A stretch of 64,000 nt of DNA from Octopus sinensis (GCF_006345805.1 NC_043010.1:31124001-31188000); one strand, 5' to 3'. Positions 13,471 through 28,480 are shown, numbered from the stretch's first letter. The notes: generated by a model from the letters alone, not told the origin. Numbers and translations are program-made.

Positions 13471-14437
13471 GGGAATTTCATTTTTTATACTTTAGTCAGG
13501 TGAGAAGGTGGTGGGCATGACAGGGTCTCAAAGATTGGTGGGAGGGAGGGAGGGAGAGAAAGAGGAAATTATTCTTAAACCAGACATTTGAACTGAATGC
13601 TTGCAACAAAGTGAACTTCATTAACGGCAACCAAAGTGCCCAGGTTGGTGTTAAGCCAGGTTATGGCTTAATTCTGCCACCCAAATATGCCATGGTGAAA
13701 ATAGATATCAAAGAGTTTGAAAGAGATTACTACAATGGCACACACACACACACACAAATATATATATATATATATATATGAATGGGTGAATCATACAGAA
13801 TAATAAAGTGTGAATTGGGGATTGAAAAATTCCCTGCTGCTGCAGCAAGTAGACAGACTAAAGAAGTTTTGGGATGAAGCATTTGGGGCTGGAAGATAAA
13901 GTTGAAAACAGCAAGATACTAAACTAGCTATAGTGTCATGCTTTATTATTTTTTCTAACTCACCCATCTTATTTTGTTACAATAATAATTTTTTGTTTAA
14001 TCATTAGACCTTTTTTTAATTTCGTTCTCCCCCAGTTTTGCAAGACAAGTAAAAGTCAAATTCTGACAAGTGAACTCATTGCCCAGGAATTAAGACTCCA
14101 ATAGATTAGCTACTTAATCCTTGCATAATAACAATCACAATTGCAGCCAGGGACATTTAAAGGAAAAGAAAATTGCAGCAGTCACTAAACAGATCATAGC
14201 TCTGTTTGGTGATGGCTGACTTGGGGTTAGAGTCACTACCTATGACACCACCAAGCTAGGACAGAAACTCTGCAAACATTTAGGCTATTTTTACTGCCTG
14301 GCAGTGAAACCTTTAACCAAACAGCTACAACTGCATAGAAGCAGTTGTTCTTATTGATATTCAATTATAGAACATTCCATAAATATTACTATGAAAAGGA
14401 AGTGTTCATACTTCACAGGTGTTTATTTGTGATTTTA

Positions 14438-15367
14438 CAAGGTGATATCAAAAAGGACCTGGACTAGTTCTGTAGTGTGTCAACAGAAGGCAGCACACAG
14501 TTACATGTGCAATGAGAGCTAGCAGTAACCTTCATGAAGATGTGTGCTGAGTGACATTGCTGTATTTACTTCGCAAGTTGTGAAGTTTGTGTTTTTTGTG
14601 ATCACATGTATGATGTAGTCTGAGATTTTGTCATGGACAGGAAGTTGGAACAAAGAGCCAGCATGAAATTTTGCGTTAAACTTCCCAAGTTTAACGCAAA
14701 ATTAACATCACCGATGATTACAGTTGGGTCTACAGGTACAACCCTGAGACAAAGCAGCAGTTGTCACAACAGAAGAGCCCTTCATTTCCACAACTGAAAA
14801 AGGCATGACAGAGCTGCAGGTCAGTGAAGAGCATACTCATCACTTATTTTAACAGCCACACTATTGTGCATCGAGAATTCTTCCCCCAGGGCCAGACTAT
14901 TAATGAAGAGTTCTACTGCAATGTTTTGAAGCATTTGAGGGAGGACATTTGGCAAAAGCAACTGAATCTGTGGAGTGCGAAGAATTGGATTCTACATGAT
15001 GACAATGCACTCTGTAACTGAGCTCTCCTCATTTGTGAATTTCTTGCTAAGAATGACATGGTAGCACTAACACACCTGCCCTATCCACCAGGTTTAGCAC
15101 CTGTAGACTTCCATATCTTCTCCAAGATGAAAATGTAGCTGAAAGGTCACTGTTTAGCACCGTTCTCGAGATCAAGAACAAATCGCAGAAGGTCCAATTA
15201 TGGAAAATGACTTCCAGACCAACTTTCAAAAGTTGCAGGAATGCTGAGACCAATGTATTGCTGTGTAAGGTGACTATTTCAAGGGAGATGATGTTTAAAC
15301 TTAGGTAAATAAATTGTTTTGTTTTTATTAAACATAACTAGTTCAGGAGCTTTTTGATATCACCTAG
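14438..15367 (+). mobile_element. Mariner element, internally deleted and decayed
   Basis: TIR CAAGGTGATATCAAAAAG / CTTTTTGATATCACCTAG, TA flanks; remnants VHREFFPQGQTINEEFYCNVLKHLRE and WILHDDNA. Confidence 0.85.
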
Positions 15368-15478
15368 TATCTTGTGCATCTATACTCGCAAACTGACTTA
15401 CACACAACCCAGAACAACTTACAGACACTGCTGAGTGGGTGAAGAAGTGGATTCTTTACATTGCAAGCAAAGCTATTA

Positions 15479-16016
15479 ATCCTTTAACATTCAGATTACT
15501 CTGTGAAGGTGTGTGGTTTAGTGGTTAGGATAATATGCTCACAATCGTAAAGTTTTGAGTCTGAAAACTGGCAGTGCATCGTGTCCTTGAGCAAGACACT
15601 TTATTTCATATTGCTCCAATCCACTCAGCTGGCAAAAATGAGCAGTACCTGTAATTCAAAGGGTCAGTCTTGTCACATTCTGTGTCATGCTGAATCTTGC
15701 TAATAACTACATTAAGGGTACACATATCTGTGGAGTGCTCAGCCACTTGCACACTAATCTCACAAGCAAGCTGTTCCGTTGATCAGATAAACTGGAACCC
15801 TCATCACCATAGCCAACAGAGTGCTAGTTTTTTTTTCACTGTATCTACAGTAATGCTTATTTATTCACATTTAAAAAATTACTCATGCATTATTTTAATA
15901 TCCACAGATATGACATTGTAGGGTAGAAGTGAGAGGCCAGATCTGGCTAACTTAAACATAAAACAGTGGAATATTTGGGCTGAATATGGCTGGTTTAAAT
16001 GCTAAAGAGTTAAAGA
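15479..16016. mobile_element. piggyBac-like MITE interrupted by a SINE
   Basis: The family has TTAA-flanked CCCTTTAGCATT / AATGCTAAAGGG ends. Other copies lie at 36690-36892, 37370-37580, 37585-37805 and 41459-41686. Confidence 0.65.
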
Positions 16017-18959
16017 TATTCAAATAAAGTGAAACAACTTCAACTGGGAATTAATTTATCAAGAACACAAAAGTAAATTAGCCATTAATCATCACAACAA
16101 CAACAATAACCAAAGGGGCCCTCTAAACGTTTGCACAACCTGCCAGAAATAGTGAACAAATCTCCTTCATATCACATTCTATTCTATCATCTGAGAAAAC
16201 AAAGGATATATTTCATAATGTAATCTTAAATTGATCACGACAGAAAAATAGGAGGTGAGATAATCATGTCCAAAATGCTTTTGATCATAGATTTCCATAA
16301 TTAGGGCTTGACCTGGGGTTGAACAACAATATTAATAGCAATAACAAAAACTTTTTTTTTAACAGACTTGATTTCTACTTCTGACATTTATAAAGTTTTT
16401 TTTTTCACTTCATTCAGCTCTAAAGGAGGGATGAAATTAATTTTATCAACTCCCATGTAAGACAGGTACTTATTTTATTAACCTTGTGGGAGGAATGAAT
16501 GGCAAAGTTGACCTTGGCAAGATTTTAATTCATAACATAGAAAAGTGTACCTAAGTATCACATGTACTGCTTTCCTGATAGTTTTTAATATTAATTATTA
16601 TCACATGATGAGGATGATAAATAACAACAACAACAATAATAATAATACTACTAACAAAACACATCAGAAAAGGTCTCAGATAACAACAAAGCAACTTTAC
16701 TCTGAGATGTACCAGTAATTCATGGAGCATACTGGAGCATCTTCAGAGTTTCAATAACATGTTTAGGCCCTAATAATGAAACTGCATTTAAAAAAGAGAA
16801 CACATTAGTATGTTTTGTGGTGATTTTTGCTTCTGCTGTTTTGAATACCAAACCAATATGTTCGAAGAGGCAAACTTTATATATGTATATATATATATAC
16901 TAATACATCTGTTTGTTTTGTACACCACCTGTCTTCGTCTTTTGTTTTTTTTCGTAAACTCTCCCTATATATATATATACATGGACACAGAAATCAAGGC
17001 TAATTACCCAGATATTGGTGCCATAGACAGTCTGGATTGAAAATAATTTTTCATCAAAGATCTTGAAACAGAAATAACCAGAACATAGAGACTAAAAATA
17101 AACAATTCCTAAAATAATATTAAGTGCCTTAAGAATAATTAAAAATAATACCGATAAATATCTAACCTGAATTTTGACATAACAAAAAAAAACCCAGTCA
17201 TAGTTCAATGTTAGAAGAGCAACCATGATGAAGCCGTGAGATGTGTTGCAGAGATAGCTTGCAGTCTTGTCAGATACCACTGAAAATTGTCACATCAGGA
17301 CAGACCAAAGTTGGAAACTTATAGAACATTAGTCTAAATTAAAATGCATTTTTACTACTATCACTGTAGCAGGTTGGCTAATTCTGTATATAAATACACA
17401 ACATATAGAAATAATATGTAATGTATACATATTACAAAAGAGTCATTTCAATACAATAGAAGATACCATATCAAAGAAAATCCTAATAGCTTCCCTGGAG
17501 GTGGTGCATCAGTATAGCTTTCGATGTGAAGATTAAAACAAATTAAATACATTTGCAAAGAAAAGGGTGAGAAAAACTCAACACATTATCTGAAAGACCA
17601 GAGGGGAAACTGTATACTGTCACCAATATGAAGTAATATAACTTCCATCACAGCACTGCATCAATTAGAAGTTCAACCGTATCCAGAGAATTTAGTATGA
17701 TATATATATATATATATAAATATATATATATATGGAAGTAGATGGGAAAAAACTGTAAGAAAGTCTAGGGGATTTGCACCTTGTGTCAGCTAAAAATTGT
17801 ATGACCATGCTAATCCCTACTCCAAAGCAACTTCATAACTTCACCAATCTAAACTAGAAGCCTTAACCTAACAAGCTAGATTTCCCATAGTTTGTGTGTG
17901 CTTGTGTGATTACATAGTTACATAAATTACCTCCATTTGAATGTGTAAAATTGGTTGTGTTGGAAAGCCAGGACGAAAATACTAATATTTACAATTGGGG
18001 AAATCATCAGCAAAGAGTATGTTTTTGATGGACTTCATTTGGAAGAAGGCTGGGAAAAAAGTTTAGTATGGTGTCTAGTTATTGAGTTAGACTATAAAAA
18101 GGAAAAGATATTGAGGACATAAGTAGGTTTATGTAGAATTGTTATAGGTTCAATAACTTCAAATAGTGATTGCTGTAGAAGAGACACGGGGTGGTGAGTG
18201 GATAATGGAGAAACAAAAAGATTACAGAATATACAACAGTTTGCCAATCAAGTGGATATTGGTTCTATTTTTTGTGTGGATGCTATGCAGAATGTGTACA
18301 TGATTGGTGCATTATTTTAAAGTGAGCACTGTTGTGTAGTCAGTTATAGAGCATATTTTGGCTGAAAATATACATAATGGATAAATAATAGAAATTAAAA
18401 GCTATTAAGCTAATGAATGGAGAAAACAATATTTTAAGATGTAGGGAGGCAGATGCAGCTTGTGTTGTACAAAGGCAAAAAAATTTTCAAGGGACATTGT
18501 CCAGTAGTGGGCAAAAACATAGAACAACTCTTTGTTAAAAGACTAAAAATAAATTTAAAAAACAACAAATCTTTGGCACTCTGTTATCTCAAAGACCTTT
18601 TTCTGGATTACTATTAACAATAAATTCATGACTCTTAACATAGGCATGAAGTTTTGGATTTATAAGTGTGCGTCATTTTGGCTTACAAATAACAAATGTG
18701 AATTTTAAAATAAAATATTTAAACAAAAACAATGAGAGCAGAAAAAACAACAAATAACAAACAAGGTTATTAGTGATGGATGATGTCTAAAGTTCTGAGT
18801 AATTCATGGAACATACTGGAGCATTTTCAGAGTTTCAATAATAACATTTTTAGGCCCTATTAATGAAACTGCATTTAAAAAAGAGAACACAGTAGTATGT
18901 TTTGTGTTGGTTTTTGCTTCTGCTGTTTTGAATACCACACCAATATATTCAAAGAAGCA

Positions 18960-19164
18960 AGCTTTATATATATGTATATATATTTTTCGTATAGTATATG
19001 TGTGTGTGTATATATATATATATATATCATCATCATCGTTTAACGTCCGCTTTCCATGCTAGCATGGGTTGGACTCATATATATATATATATGAATATAT
19101 ATATATATATTTTTCGTATAGTATATGTGTATATATATATATACATATCTTTTATATATGCATG

Positions 19165-19199
<35 letters not shown>

Positions 19200-19222
19200 C
19201 GTATAGTATATGTGTATATATA

Positions 19223-19274
<52 letters not shown>

Positions 19275-19477
19275 CTTTTATATATGCATGTATATATGTA
19301 TCTTTGATATATACATGTATATATGTATCTTTGATATATGTATGTATACATATATATCTTTTATATATGCATATATATATGTATATTTTATATATATATA
19401 TATATATATAACATATATACATACATATATATCATCTATCTATCCATATATATGATATATATATATATCTATCTGTC

Positions 19478-19511
<34 letters not shown>

Positions 19512-19850
19512 CAGATATATATATCTATATATATATATATGTGTGTGGTGTGTGTAATATATAAGTATATAATTATATATATGTACATAATATATAAATA
19601 TATATATGGAAGATATCTATATATATGTGTATATTATATATATATATATATACATTATATATATATATATATATATATATTATAAACATATATATGTATA
19701 TTATATACATATATTATATACTTATATATTACACACACATATATATAGATATATATGCATATATATACATATATATGCACACAAACATACACATATGTAT
19801 ATACATGCAAACAACATCCATATAAATGCATGTGTGTGCTTATAATATTT
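18960..19850. repeat. Compound (TA)n/(CATA)n microsatellite field
   Basis: Nearly continuous AT dinucleotide repeats, with a recurring TTTTTCGTATAGTATATGTG anchor. Confidence 0.95.
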
Positions 19851-19967
19851 TAAAACATAATTACATCTGTAATTCTTGGACAAGACACATCAAATTACTT
19901 GTCTCAAGTTATAAGATGTAAAGTTATAGGCATTAATATATTTCCTTCATTCCAGGGTATAAGTTGT

Positions 19968-19998
<31 letters not shown>

Positions 19999-21697
19999 TT
20001 ACAACTACATACATACACATATATATGTGTATGCACACATGCATGTGTGTGTGTATTTTAGATGTTTTTCCCTGATAGTGTTAATAAGAAGGTGGGAAAC
20101 TGGATTAATAAACTTGCAGAGCTGTTCACCCCATGCCAGCATGGGAAGAAAGTACTTGCTGCAAATACACATTCATATATATTTTATGAGAGAGTGATTG
20201 CAGTAAATAGTGAGAGAGTTGTTGGTGAAGAGAGGGAGTGGTAGGAAAGGAGAGTGAGAAGAAAGTATAAGAAAAGAAAAATAGATAGTGTATGAGTGAG
20301 AATAGAAGAAAAAAAAATAAAGCAAAGAGAAAGATACAATGAGAGAAAGGGAGAAAAAGATAAAGACAGAGAGGATAGATGCATTGATACAAGGATAAAT
20401 TCACACACACACATTCAGAGAGAGAGAGAGAGAGGGAGAGAATTTGTTTATTGCAGTTGTTCTAATGCTATTTTTGAAAGGTTTGATAACATCCCAAAAC
20501 AACTGATACAAATTAAATTTTTTGCTGATTCATGGGGCATGTGTAAACATGGTATTCCTTTAACAGAATATCCAATATTCAAGCCCATGTTCTTACTCTC
20601 ATTATTGATGCACATTTTATATTATGATATAGCAGCCTTCATCAGACCACATAGAACCCCAAGTAATCAATGGTGGGAGTTTTATGTGATTAACAATAAA
20701 GGCTAAAATCTGAACAGTAAAACTGATGCACACTGCGTATATCCATTCTTACTGTATGTGTGTGTGGTATAGTAGAATGAGAAATAAAAAGTCACAGGTA
20801 CAGTATTATATATTTGAAAAAAATGAATAGAAATGGTTTTTCTGATAATTTTATCAAAAAAGCCATTTCTATTCCATTTATATACAGTAAAGTACAAACA
20901 TCAGTATCCTTAAAAATTTTTATATATAGATATAATTCTTTGATCTAAGATTATGGTTTGAGTGGAAGATTAATGGGCCCATACATTTTTTACCATAACC
21001 TAAGAGGATGTTGCAATACTTTCTTATCTTTAAAGTAGATGACATTTTTTAAAGAAAATTACACAAAATGTGGCTTGAAACAAATAACACACCACTATAT
21101 TTTGCTATTAATATGAGGAAGTATTTACAAGAACTTTTTCCTGGAAGGTTTCTTGAGAGTGATGGTTCAGTTGAATGCTTCGTGATATTTTTCCCTGTGG
21201 ATTCATTTAAATCCTGTAAAGCATGAAAATCAACCTGGAACTCTCAGTACACTAATGGAAGCAATCATATCTGCCTGTGATAACCTCATATATCCTAAGT
21301 AGAGTTCATACATTCAGTTGAGTAAAATAGTTCTGAGATGACAAAACCCTGCAATTTGAGCATTTGTAATTTGGGTTAGCTAGCTTTATTAAGTTCTCTT
21401 TTCATACACGTGTGTGAGTGTGAGAATGAATTCATACATTTGTTTGTATCTGAGTATTACTATCAATATATATACAAGTGTTTGTATCTTTGCATTGAGG
21501 GGTAAGTGCCTTTTTTATGTTGATGATGAGTAGAAATATAGCTATAGCTAAAGTGGGCCCATCTGGGAAGGAAGGAAGGAAGAAGAGAAAGAGCAGGTGA
21601 GAGAGAGAGAGAGAGAGAATAGCAGTACAAAACAGAGTCATAGAGTGTCATTAGTTTGTACATTTCTTAACAAGTTTGTGTATGTCAATGTCATTGT

Positions 21698-22168
21698 TTA
21701 TATGTACTTATACATGTCTGTTTGGCAGCGAGAGAGAGTTTGTTTTTCAAAAGAAGCTCTTCCTACAAACCTGACACTGCATATCTTTTTTATGAGTTTT
21801 CATATGTGTCCTTAAAATGCTTTCCTCGTGGAAGCTTTGCTCACATATGGGGCAGCTGTGCAAAGCCTCCACAACACTATGTGTCCTTATATGCTGGCTA
21901 AATGGTTCATGCTGCAAGAAGCTCTTCCCACAGACTTTGCAATTTGGTGAAACATCCTCCATGTGGACCTTCATATGGCTTGTGAGTAGACCGGCTTGTG
22001 AAAAACTCTTGCCACACACTTCACATGTATGTGATGTGACTGGTGGCGGCTCACTCTGCACAGGAGTTTTAGTTCTGTATTCATGGACAAAGCTTTTCCC
22101 ACAAACCAGACAGTTTGACTTAGAATCATCTGCACACCGACGCCTCATGTGTCCTCTACACTCAAACA
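21698..22168 (-). CDS. C2H2 zinc-finger protein exon (partial gene or recent pseudogene)
   Basis: Three canonical fingers (CEVC..HMKVH, CKVC..HIRTH, CPIC..HMKTH) are flanked by degenerate ones. There is a possible acceptor CTGAACAG| at 22169-22170. The frame stops at 21747, and a 1-nt shift extends it to 21698. Confidence 0.75.
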
Positions 22169-23973
22169 CTGTTCAGTGATGAGGTTAAAAAAGGTGATGG
22201 TTGGCAGTCAAAATCCAGCATTCACAAGGCCAAATTCCTTGTAGTGTCTGCAACCTTGTGTATTTTGTCAGAAATCATCTTTTGAAATAAAACTTGACCT
22301 TGTGATTTTCTTTATTTTATTTTCTTTCTTTATTGATGACCTCTTTCAAAGTGTTTCCTACTAAAATGTTGTTTTACATCAATTAGTAAGAAACTTAGAA
22401 ATGACACCTCTATGTGGTTCATATATTTTTTCCCTTTTTTTTCTTCTTTGTTTTAATAAGACACTGTTTAAAAGATGAAACGATCTACAACAGAGACGTC
22501 CCAGACATGATTTGATTTTTCGCTTAGAGTGAGAAAACTCAGGAGACTGAGCAGGATGAAAGAAACAAAATGATGAAATAAATATCAGAATTAGAATTGA
22601 AATGATAAATTAGCAATATAAATTGGAATTACTGGAATCACTGTCAGATGGAATCCAGTAAACTTTTTTCAACACAACGAAATATTTGACTCTCTGGAAG
22701 TAGATTCGGTGTCAGATGTCTCAAATGCTGCTGGTTTTCTCTACAACTGGTTTTCATTATGTGCAGATAGGTAAGTATGGGTATCTACTAATTAGCAATG
22801 CTTCACTTAAAAAAAGAAACCCAGCTCAGTATCACTGTAGTTGCAAATTCTATTACATTTCCTTTACGACTAAATACTTTCAGCTTTGGATGAAAAACTT
22901 TTCACAGAGCCACCAGTATCTCTTTTATCTAAAATATCTCTTTTAGAAGTTGGTGCTAAGTACAGCAATTATGGTACCATGTAGTGCATCCTGAAATCAG
23001 ATAGAAAATATTATTGTTTTTAAACAAACAAATTCAAGTATGAACACAAACATATATACACAAACAGCATAGCAATGTATATTTGTGTTGTCTAAATGCA
23101 TAACAACACACATTATAAACTTGGATTATGTCTGTCATTTGCTTCTTCTCTTCTACAACAAGATATGTAATTTAAGAAGTTTGAGGTACTCAGATCAGGA
23201 TGCTTTAGGAAAGCTTTAGAGTGGACTAATCATTTAGAAGACAATAATTTAGCATAGAATTAACATCATCATCAATTTTTTAACATCTGATTTTTAATGT
23301 CTGAATGGAATATATTATTGAAGTGGATTTTCTACAGCCTGAAGCCCTTTTTTGTCACCAATCCTCACCTGCTTCCAAGTAAGGTAAAATTTCCTCATGA
23401 CCAGACATATTTTCACAGAAGGTTAGAAATGAAGGACACTGCTTGCAAGACAGTGACATTCATAACAATTGCATGATGCCAAGGCAAGGAGGTAGTAATA
23501 CACACACATATATGATAAGCTTCTTTCAGTTTCCATCTATTAAATCTATTCACAAGGCTTTGATCAGCCTAAGACTTTAGTAGAAGACACTTGTCCAAGG
23601 TGCCATGCAGTGAGAGTGAACCCAAAGGCATGTGGTTGGGAGGCAAACTTGTTTACCACATAGCCACAGCCATGTCTACATTTCACTTCAAAGCAAAATC
23701 CAGAAATTAGAGGAAACCAGTTATTAACATAACTATTTCTAGGTATATTTCAATGCCAACACCTGAAATTATTTCTTCCCTTCCACAGTAAGGGACCTAC
23801 ATCAAAAACGTGAGATACCTTTCTTTTCTCGTGAGAGCCACATTTATTTAAGAAATCACATTTCTTTTAGCATTAAAAAGAACAAGAGTAAATTTTTACA
23901 GAGCTGTTCTAATATGTAATGTAGATCCAAGCACCTATGGAATATGGTGTATACTTGCTGCTTAAGTAATTTG

Positions 23974-24023
<50 letters not shown>

Positions 24024-24074
24024 CATGTATGTGTGTGTATGCACACACATAAATATCAAATACACACACAGACC

Positions 24075-24115
<41 letters not shown>

Positions 24116-27100
24116 CACACATAGATATTTATATGTATCATTGCCACTCTTTACATTAGCTTTCCTTCTTGGAGTAGGCTGGATGCATCATCACAGTCCA
24201 AGTTAGATCTTATATTTAGAGTTAATCTTAATTGGTTTAGAAGAGTATGTCTTCCTCATACTTATTTTCGCATGGTTTCTATGACTGGATGTCCTTCCTA
24301 AGATCAACTTGTTCACAGACTAGAGAGGTTGTCATAACTTCAACAAGACTAAAAGGTCTTCTAAATTTTCTGTTACCTCTGCTTGACCAACAATCACTTC
24401 ACTTAGGAAACATAGCGCAGTTTATAGTAGCACTCACTCAAGCTGAGGCTGCCAAACAAGGGTCTTCACTACCCAACATTGTCTCCATTCATTCAGGTTA
24501 TGTGACCAACAGAATGGACAGAAGAGAGGGTAGTTTATGAACTACAATGAGAAGGAGAAAGATCAGTAAGAAAGAAGGAACAGAGTGATTTGTGGAAGAC
24601 CAGAAAGGAATGACAGAGAAATGAGTTGCAGTGTGCTGCCTCCAATACAGGCTTTTACAGGAGACCTAAAAGTGCTGCCCTAATGAAAACAGTCTCCAAG
24701 GCAGACCACTCCCTCGCCTTTCCCCACTACAATACTAGAGTAATGGTAGAGTGTAATGAGAGAAAGAGTGAGTGATGGATAGTGGTAGAAGTGATTGATG
24801 AGAAGAGAGAGAGAGTGGGTGACGCTCACTTTCCATGCAGGCTAATGTTATTATGGATTGGTTCATTTATAACGAGAAGTCTGAATGTTCGGTTTCACTT
24901 AATATTCCTTAGCTAGTCCTGGACACGGACAAAAGTCAAATCACGAACTAGATCCAGGAATATATTCGTGGATAAATGTGGTTGCCAGGCAGCAAGAAAC
25001 CCACATAGTTTAACACTTAACAAGGGTACTGTCACTATAAAACAGCTTCTGACAAGGTCGATCACATCACAATGACGTAATCATATTGCTTATACTAACA
25101 AACTGTCACATTTCAACGTTAAAAATAATTTCTTCTAAATAGGCAAAACGACAATTCTTTTTCTTTCTTTCTTTCTTTTTTTTTGTGGTGGGGACAGGGA
25201 GAGATTACTGGACATACACGCGTTATGACCGCCTTACTTTTATTTTTTTTCTTCAAATTGATCTTGTTTTACAAACGATATGCCTCTGGGGTTTTTTGCT
25301 TTAAATATATCCCCACCTTTTTTTTTTTTTTAACTTTCGTAACTTTCTGTTGCTGATTCTTCTGCTTTTACCAGCATACATTAATATAAGTATATTAAAA
25401 CAGACGTGTATGTTTTCTGAAATGAAATAGAGACTACCTATGGAAACATTTATTAATTTATCAAGACGAAAGGTAGAAATCTCCTCCAGAGAGATTTGAA
25501 TTATGAGCTATAGAAAACACACCACACCGGGTGTTTTATCGCTTCGCCTACCTTCACAAGCGCCTGCTGTAATCTACCACAGGTATCTGGATTACATAAT
25601 AAATAATCATAAGAGTATATCTTTAAATTTGAAAATACTATATCCGAATGAAACTAGTATACTTAGACGCACACACACACACACTATGATATACGCTGAA
25701 CAACAAAACTCACAAATATGTTTGTTTTTTAACGTTGTAGTTTCGTCGCAAACTGTCGAAGGTTTTCTTATTTGAAAAAAAAAAGAAACAGTAAAAACTA
25801 TTTTTATTATAAAGTCCCAAGTAAAAATTGGAGCCATTTTACCATTGCTATTAATTCTACCGTAATACAATATTTCTAAAAATAATATTTAAAATAAAAG
25901 CAACAAGCCAAAACTAAATTTCATTCACTCGGTCGCTGTAAACCCTAAAAGTCAATAAATAACAACAAACAGGTCGCAACAAGAGTGAAATTTGATACTT
26001 ACTCAGATATTAAATGTAAAAGACACAGGATCGTCATAGTTACGTCCCTTGTAATAATGTCTCTATTGATGATCTCCCTTGCCATCTGGTTTCTTCATTC
26101 ATTCATTCATTCGTTCATTCATTCATTTAGCTTTCCCCCCTGGAATCGATTTATCGGTTTAAAACGATCAGGGGCATAAGGTTAGACAAATTAATCTCTG
26201 CAAAGTATCTTCATCGAATATTTATAGCCATTCACAGGCTAGATGCTAAATTTAATTTCGTTTGCTCGTCTATTTTTAGGTTGATTTTAATGTTTGCTGA
26301 CTAGTGCAGATAACCTTCATTTCAAACGAACACGAGACATTGCTTCATTGACGAAACACATAAGAAATAAGAAAGCAGTTTGGATAAGTGGTTTACCCTT
26401 GATGTTCCCACAACCATTACTAGTATCATCAACAACATAGCCTCACCTCATACCCCGCTAGCATTAACTTTATCTTCACCAAAACATTACTGTTAAAAAT
26501 TCCAACATCACCATCATCGTCACCACCAAAAACTGCTCGTCTGACAGTTTTACTTATGCTCTCTTGCAGTGTCAGTTACTTCCAGCGATTGTGCAAAGAC
26601 CACGCTTGCAAAACCAATCTTTCCTATTTTCTAGATAATGTAAGCGACATGTTGCATGCAGTCTATCTTAGCTTTGAATTAGTAATATGAGGAAATGCAG
26701 TTCTCTGCTTGAGTTAGTAATTCCTTGAAAATGATTAAAGTTTTCTTGACTTCCTGTGCTCACCTCAAATCTACCTACCTATGAGCAAAACTCAACAAGG
26801 GAAGCCTCCGCGTCATCGACCCTTAATGCTAAAAATAGCAGTCAAGTTTCCTTCAAATTTAACACTACTGTTTTAAAAGAAGGATGCATTAGATACCAAC
26901 GCGTTGATGCTCCTTTAAAAACAAGATGACCATGACTGCAGTGCCTTTGATCATAGGTTTGCCCAATCAAATTTAATATGAATATAAGCAAGGGCCTGTG
27001 CAGCAAGATGGTTTCACAACACCATCAGCAGTTATAGTATTACCTACTGCAATTGTCTCCACAATCTAACAGGTACAGTTTATGGAGGTAATCGTAATGC

Positions 27101-27249
27101 TGTGGCAAATGTAGGGGATAATTTAAAATAGTTGCAGATAGCTTCTCCTCCTCCCCTTTAAACAGTTAAATGCAGTTCGGTATCAAGATTCAATTCTCAT
27201 AATAGTATGCTGTCGTTTCTCAGTCTTTGACCAATATTAAATGTCAATT

Positions 27250-27553
27250 TCATCATCATCATCGTTTAGCGTCCGCTTTCCATGCTAGCATGGGTTGGAC
27301 GGTTCAACTGGGGTCTGGGAAGCCAGAAGGCTGCACCAGGTCCAGTCTGATCTGGCAATGTTTCTACGGCTGGATGCCGTTCCTAACGCCAACCACTCCA
27401 TGAGTGTAGTGGGTGCTTTTTACGTACCACCGACATAGGTGCCAGACGAGGCTGGCAACGGCCTCAGTCGGGTGGTGCTTTTTACGTGCCACCGGCACGG
27501 AGGCCAGGCGAGGCTGGCAACGGCCACGATCGGATGGTGCTTTTTACGTGCCA
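27250..27553 (-). mobile_element. (GAT)n-tailed SINE-like repeat
   Basis: Same family as 6331-6690. Confidence 0.85.
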
Positions 27554-28067
27554 TTTAAAAATCTTAACAGCTCATTATTATTCACATTTTAGCCTTGTTC
27601 TGTGTCATAAACACAGAATTTCAGTGGACTGTGCTAGACAGTAGTGAGATGATCTATCTGTGGTGACTGGGTGTCTAAGTGGTTACAATGTTGTTTGAGA
27701 TCCTCATGTGATATTAGGGGAGGTAATTTAGTTGATTTATCCAGCAAAATAATATTTGCAGGTACTAATCCGACAGGAAATTATCAGAATATTTTGGGGA
27801 TAATTAATAGAATGATCACCTAGCATGTAACAGATACATGCTTCAATCTCCATTATATATATTTTCTCTTTTTCTGTATTACATATGTTTTGTACGCTGG
27901 CATGGTTATTAGGTTAAGGAGTTTGCTTCACAATCATGAGGTGCATTATTTTTACTGTCTTTTATTCTAGCATTGGGAAACCGTGCATGCGTATCCATGT
28001 TTAAGATTATATCAGTCTAAAATCTGGTGTTGTAGTATACATAAGTAGTTTGATAAAGATCAACATA

Positions 28068-28480
28068 GGCGTAGGAGTGGCTGTGTGGTAAGTAGCTTGC
28101 TTACTTACCAACAACATGGTTCCAGGTTCAGTCCCACTGTGTGGCACCTTGGGCAAGTGTCTTCTACTATAGCCTCGGGCCGACCAAAACCTTGTGAGTG
28201 GATTTGGTAGACGGAAACTGAAAGAAGCCCGTCGTATATATATATATATATATATATATATCTTAGTGTGTGTGTGTATGTTTGACCCCCCCCCAACATC
28301 GCTTGACAACCGATGCTGGTGTGTTTACATCCCCGTAACTTAGCGGTTTGGCAAAAGAAACCGATAGAATAAGTACTAGGCTTACAAAGAATAAGTCCTG
28401 GGGTCGATTAGCTCAACTAAAGGCGGTGCTCCAGCATGGCCGCAGTCAAATGACTGAAACAAGTAAGAGAGTAAAAGAGA
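28068..28480 (+). mobile_element. Full-length tRNA-derived SINE with an internal (TA)n/(TG)n tract
   Basis: Head GGCGTAGGAGTGGCTGTGTGG..GGTTCAGTCCC; tail GGCGGTGCTCCAGCATGGCCGCAGTCAAATGACTGAAACAAG. Confidence 0.9.

Noticed and set aside
13083-13481. 132-aa His/Ser/Leu-rich ORF
   Set aside because: Product of the GTGAAAGAC minisatellite.
18998-19845. Many 60-137 aa Tyr/Ile-rich ORFs (also 1449-1772, 54274-54598, 63806-64000)
   Set aside because: They are translations of (TA)n microsatellites, which lack stops in these frames.
22528-22770. Plus-strand exon ending at AG|GTAAGT (22770)
   Set aside because: All frames from the candidate acceptor hit stops, and no partner exon was found.
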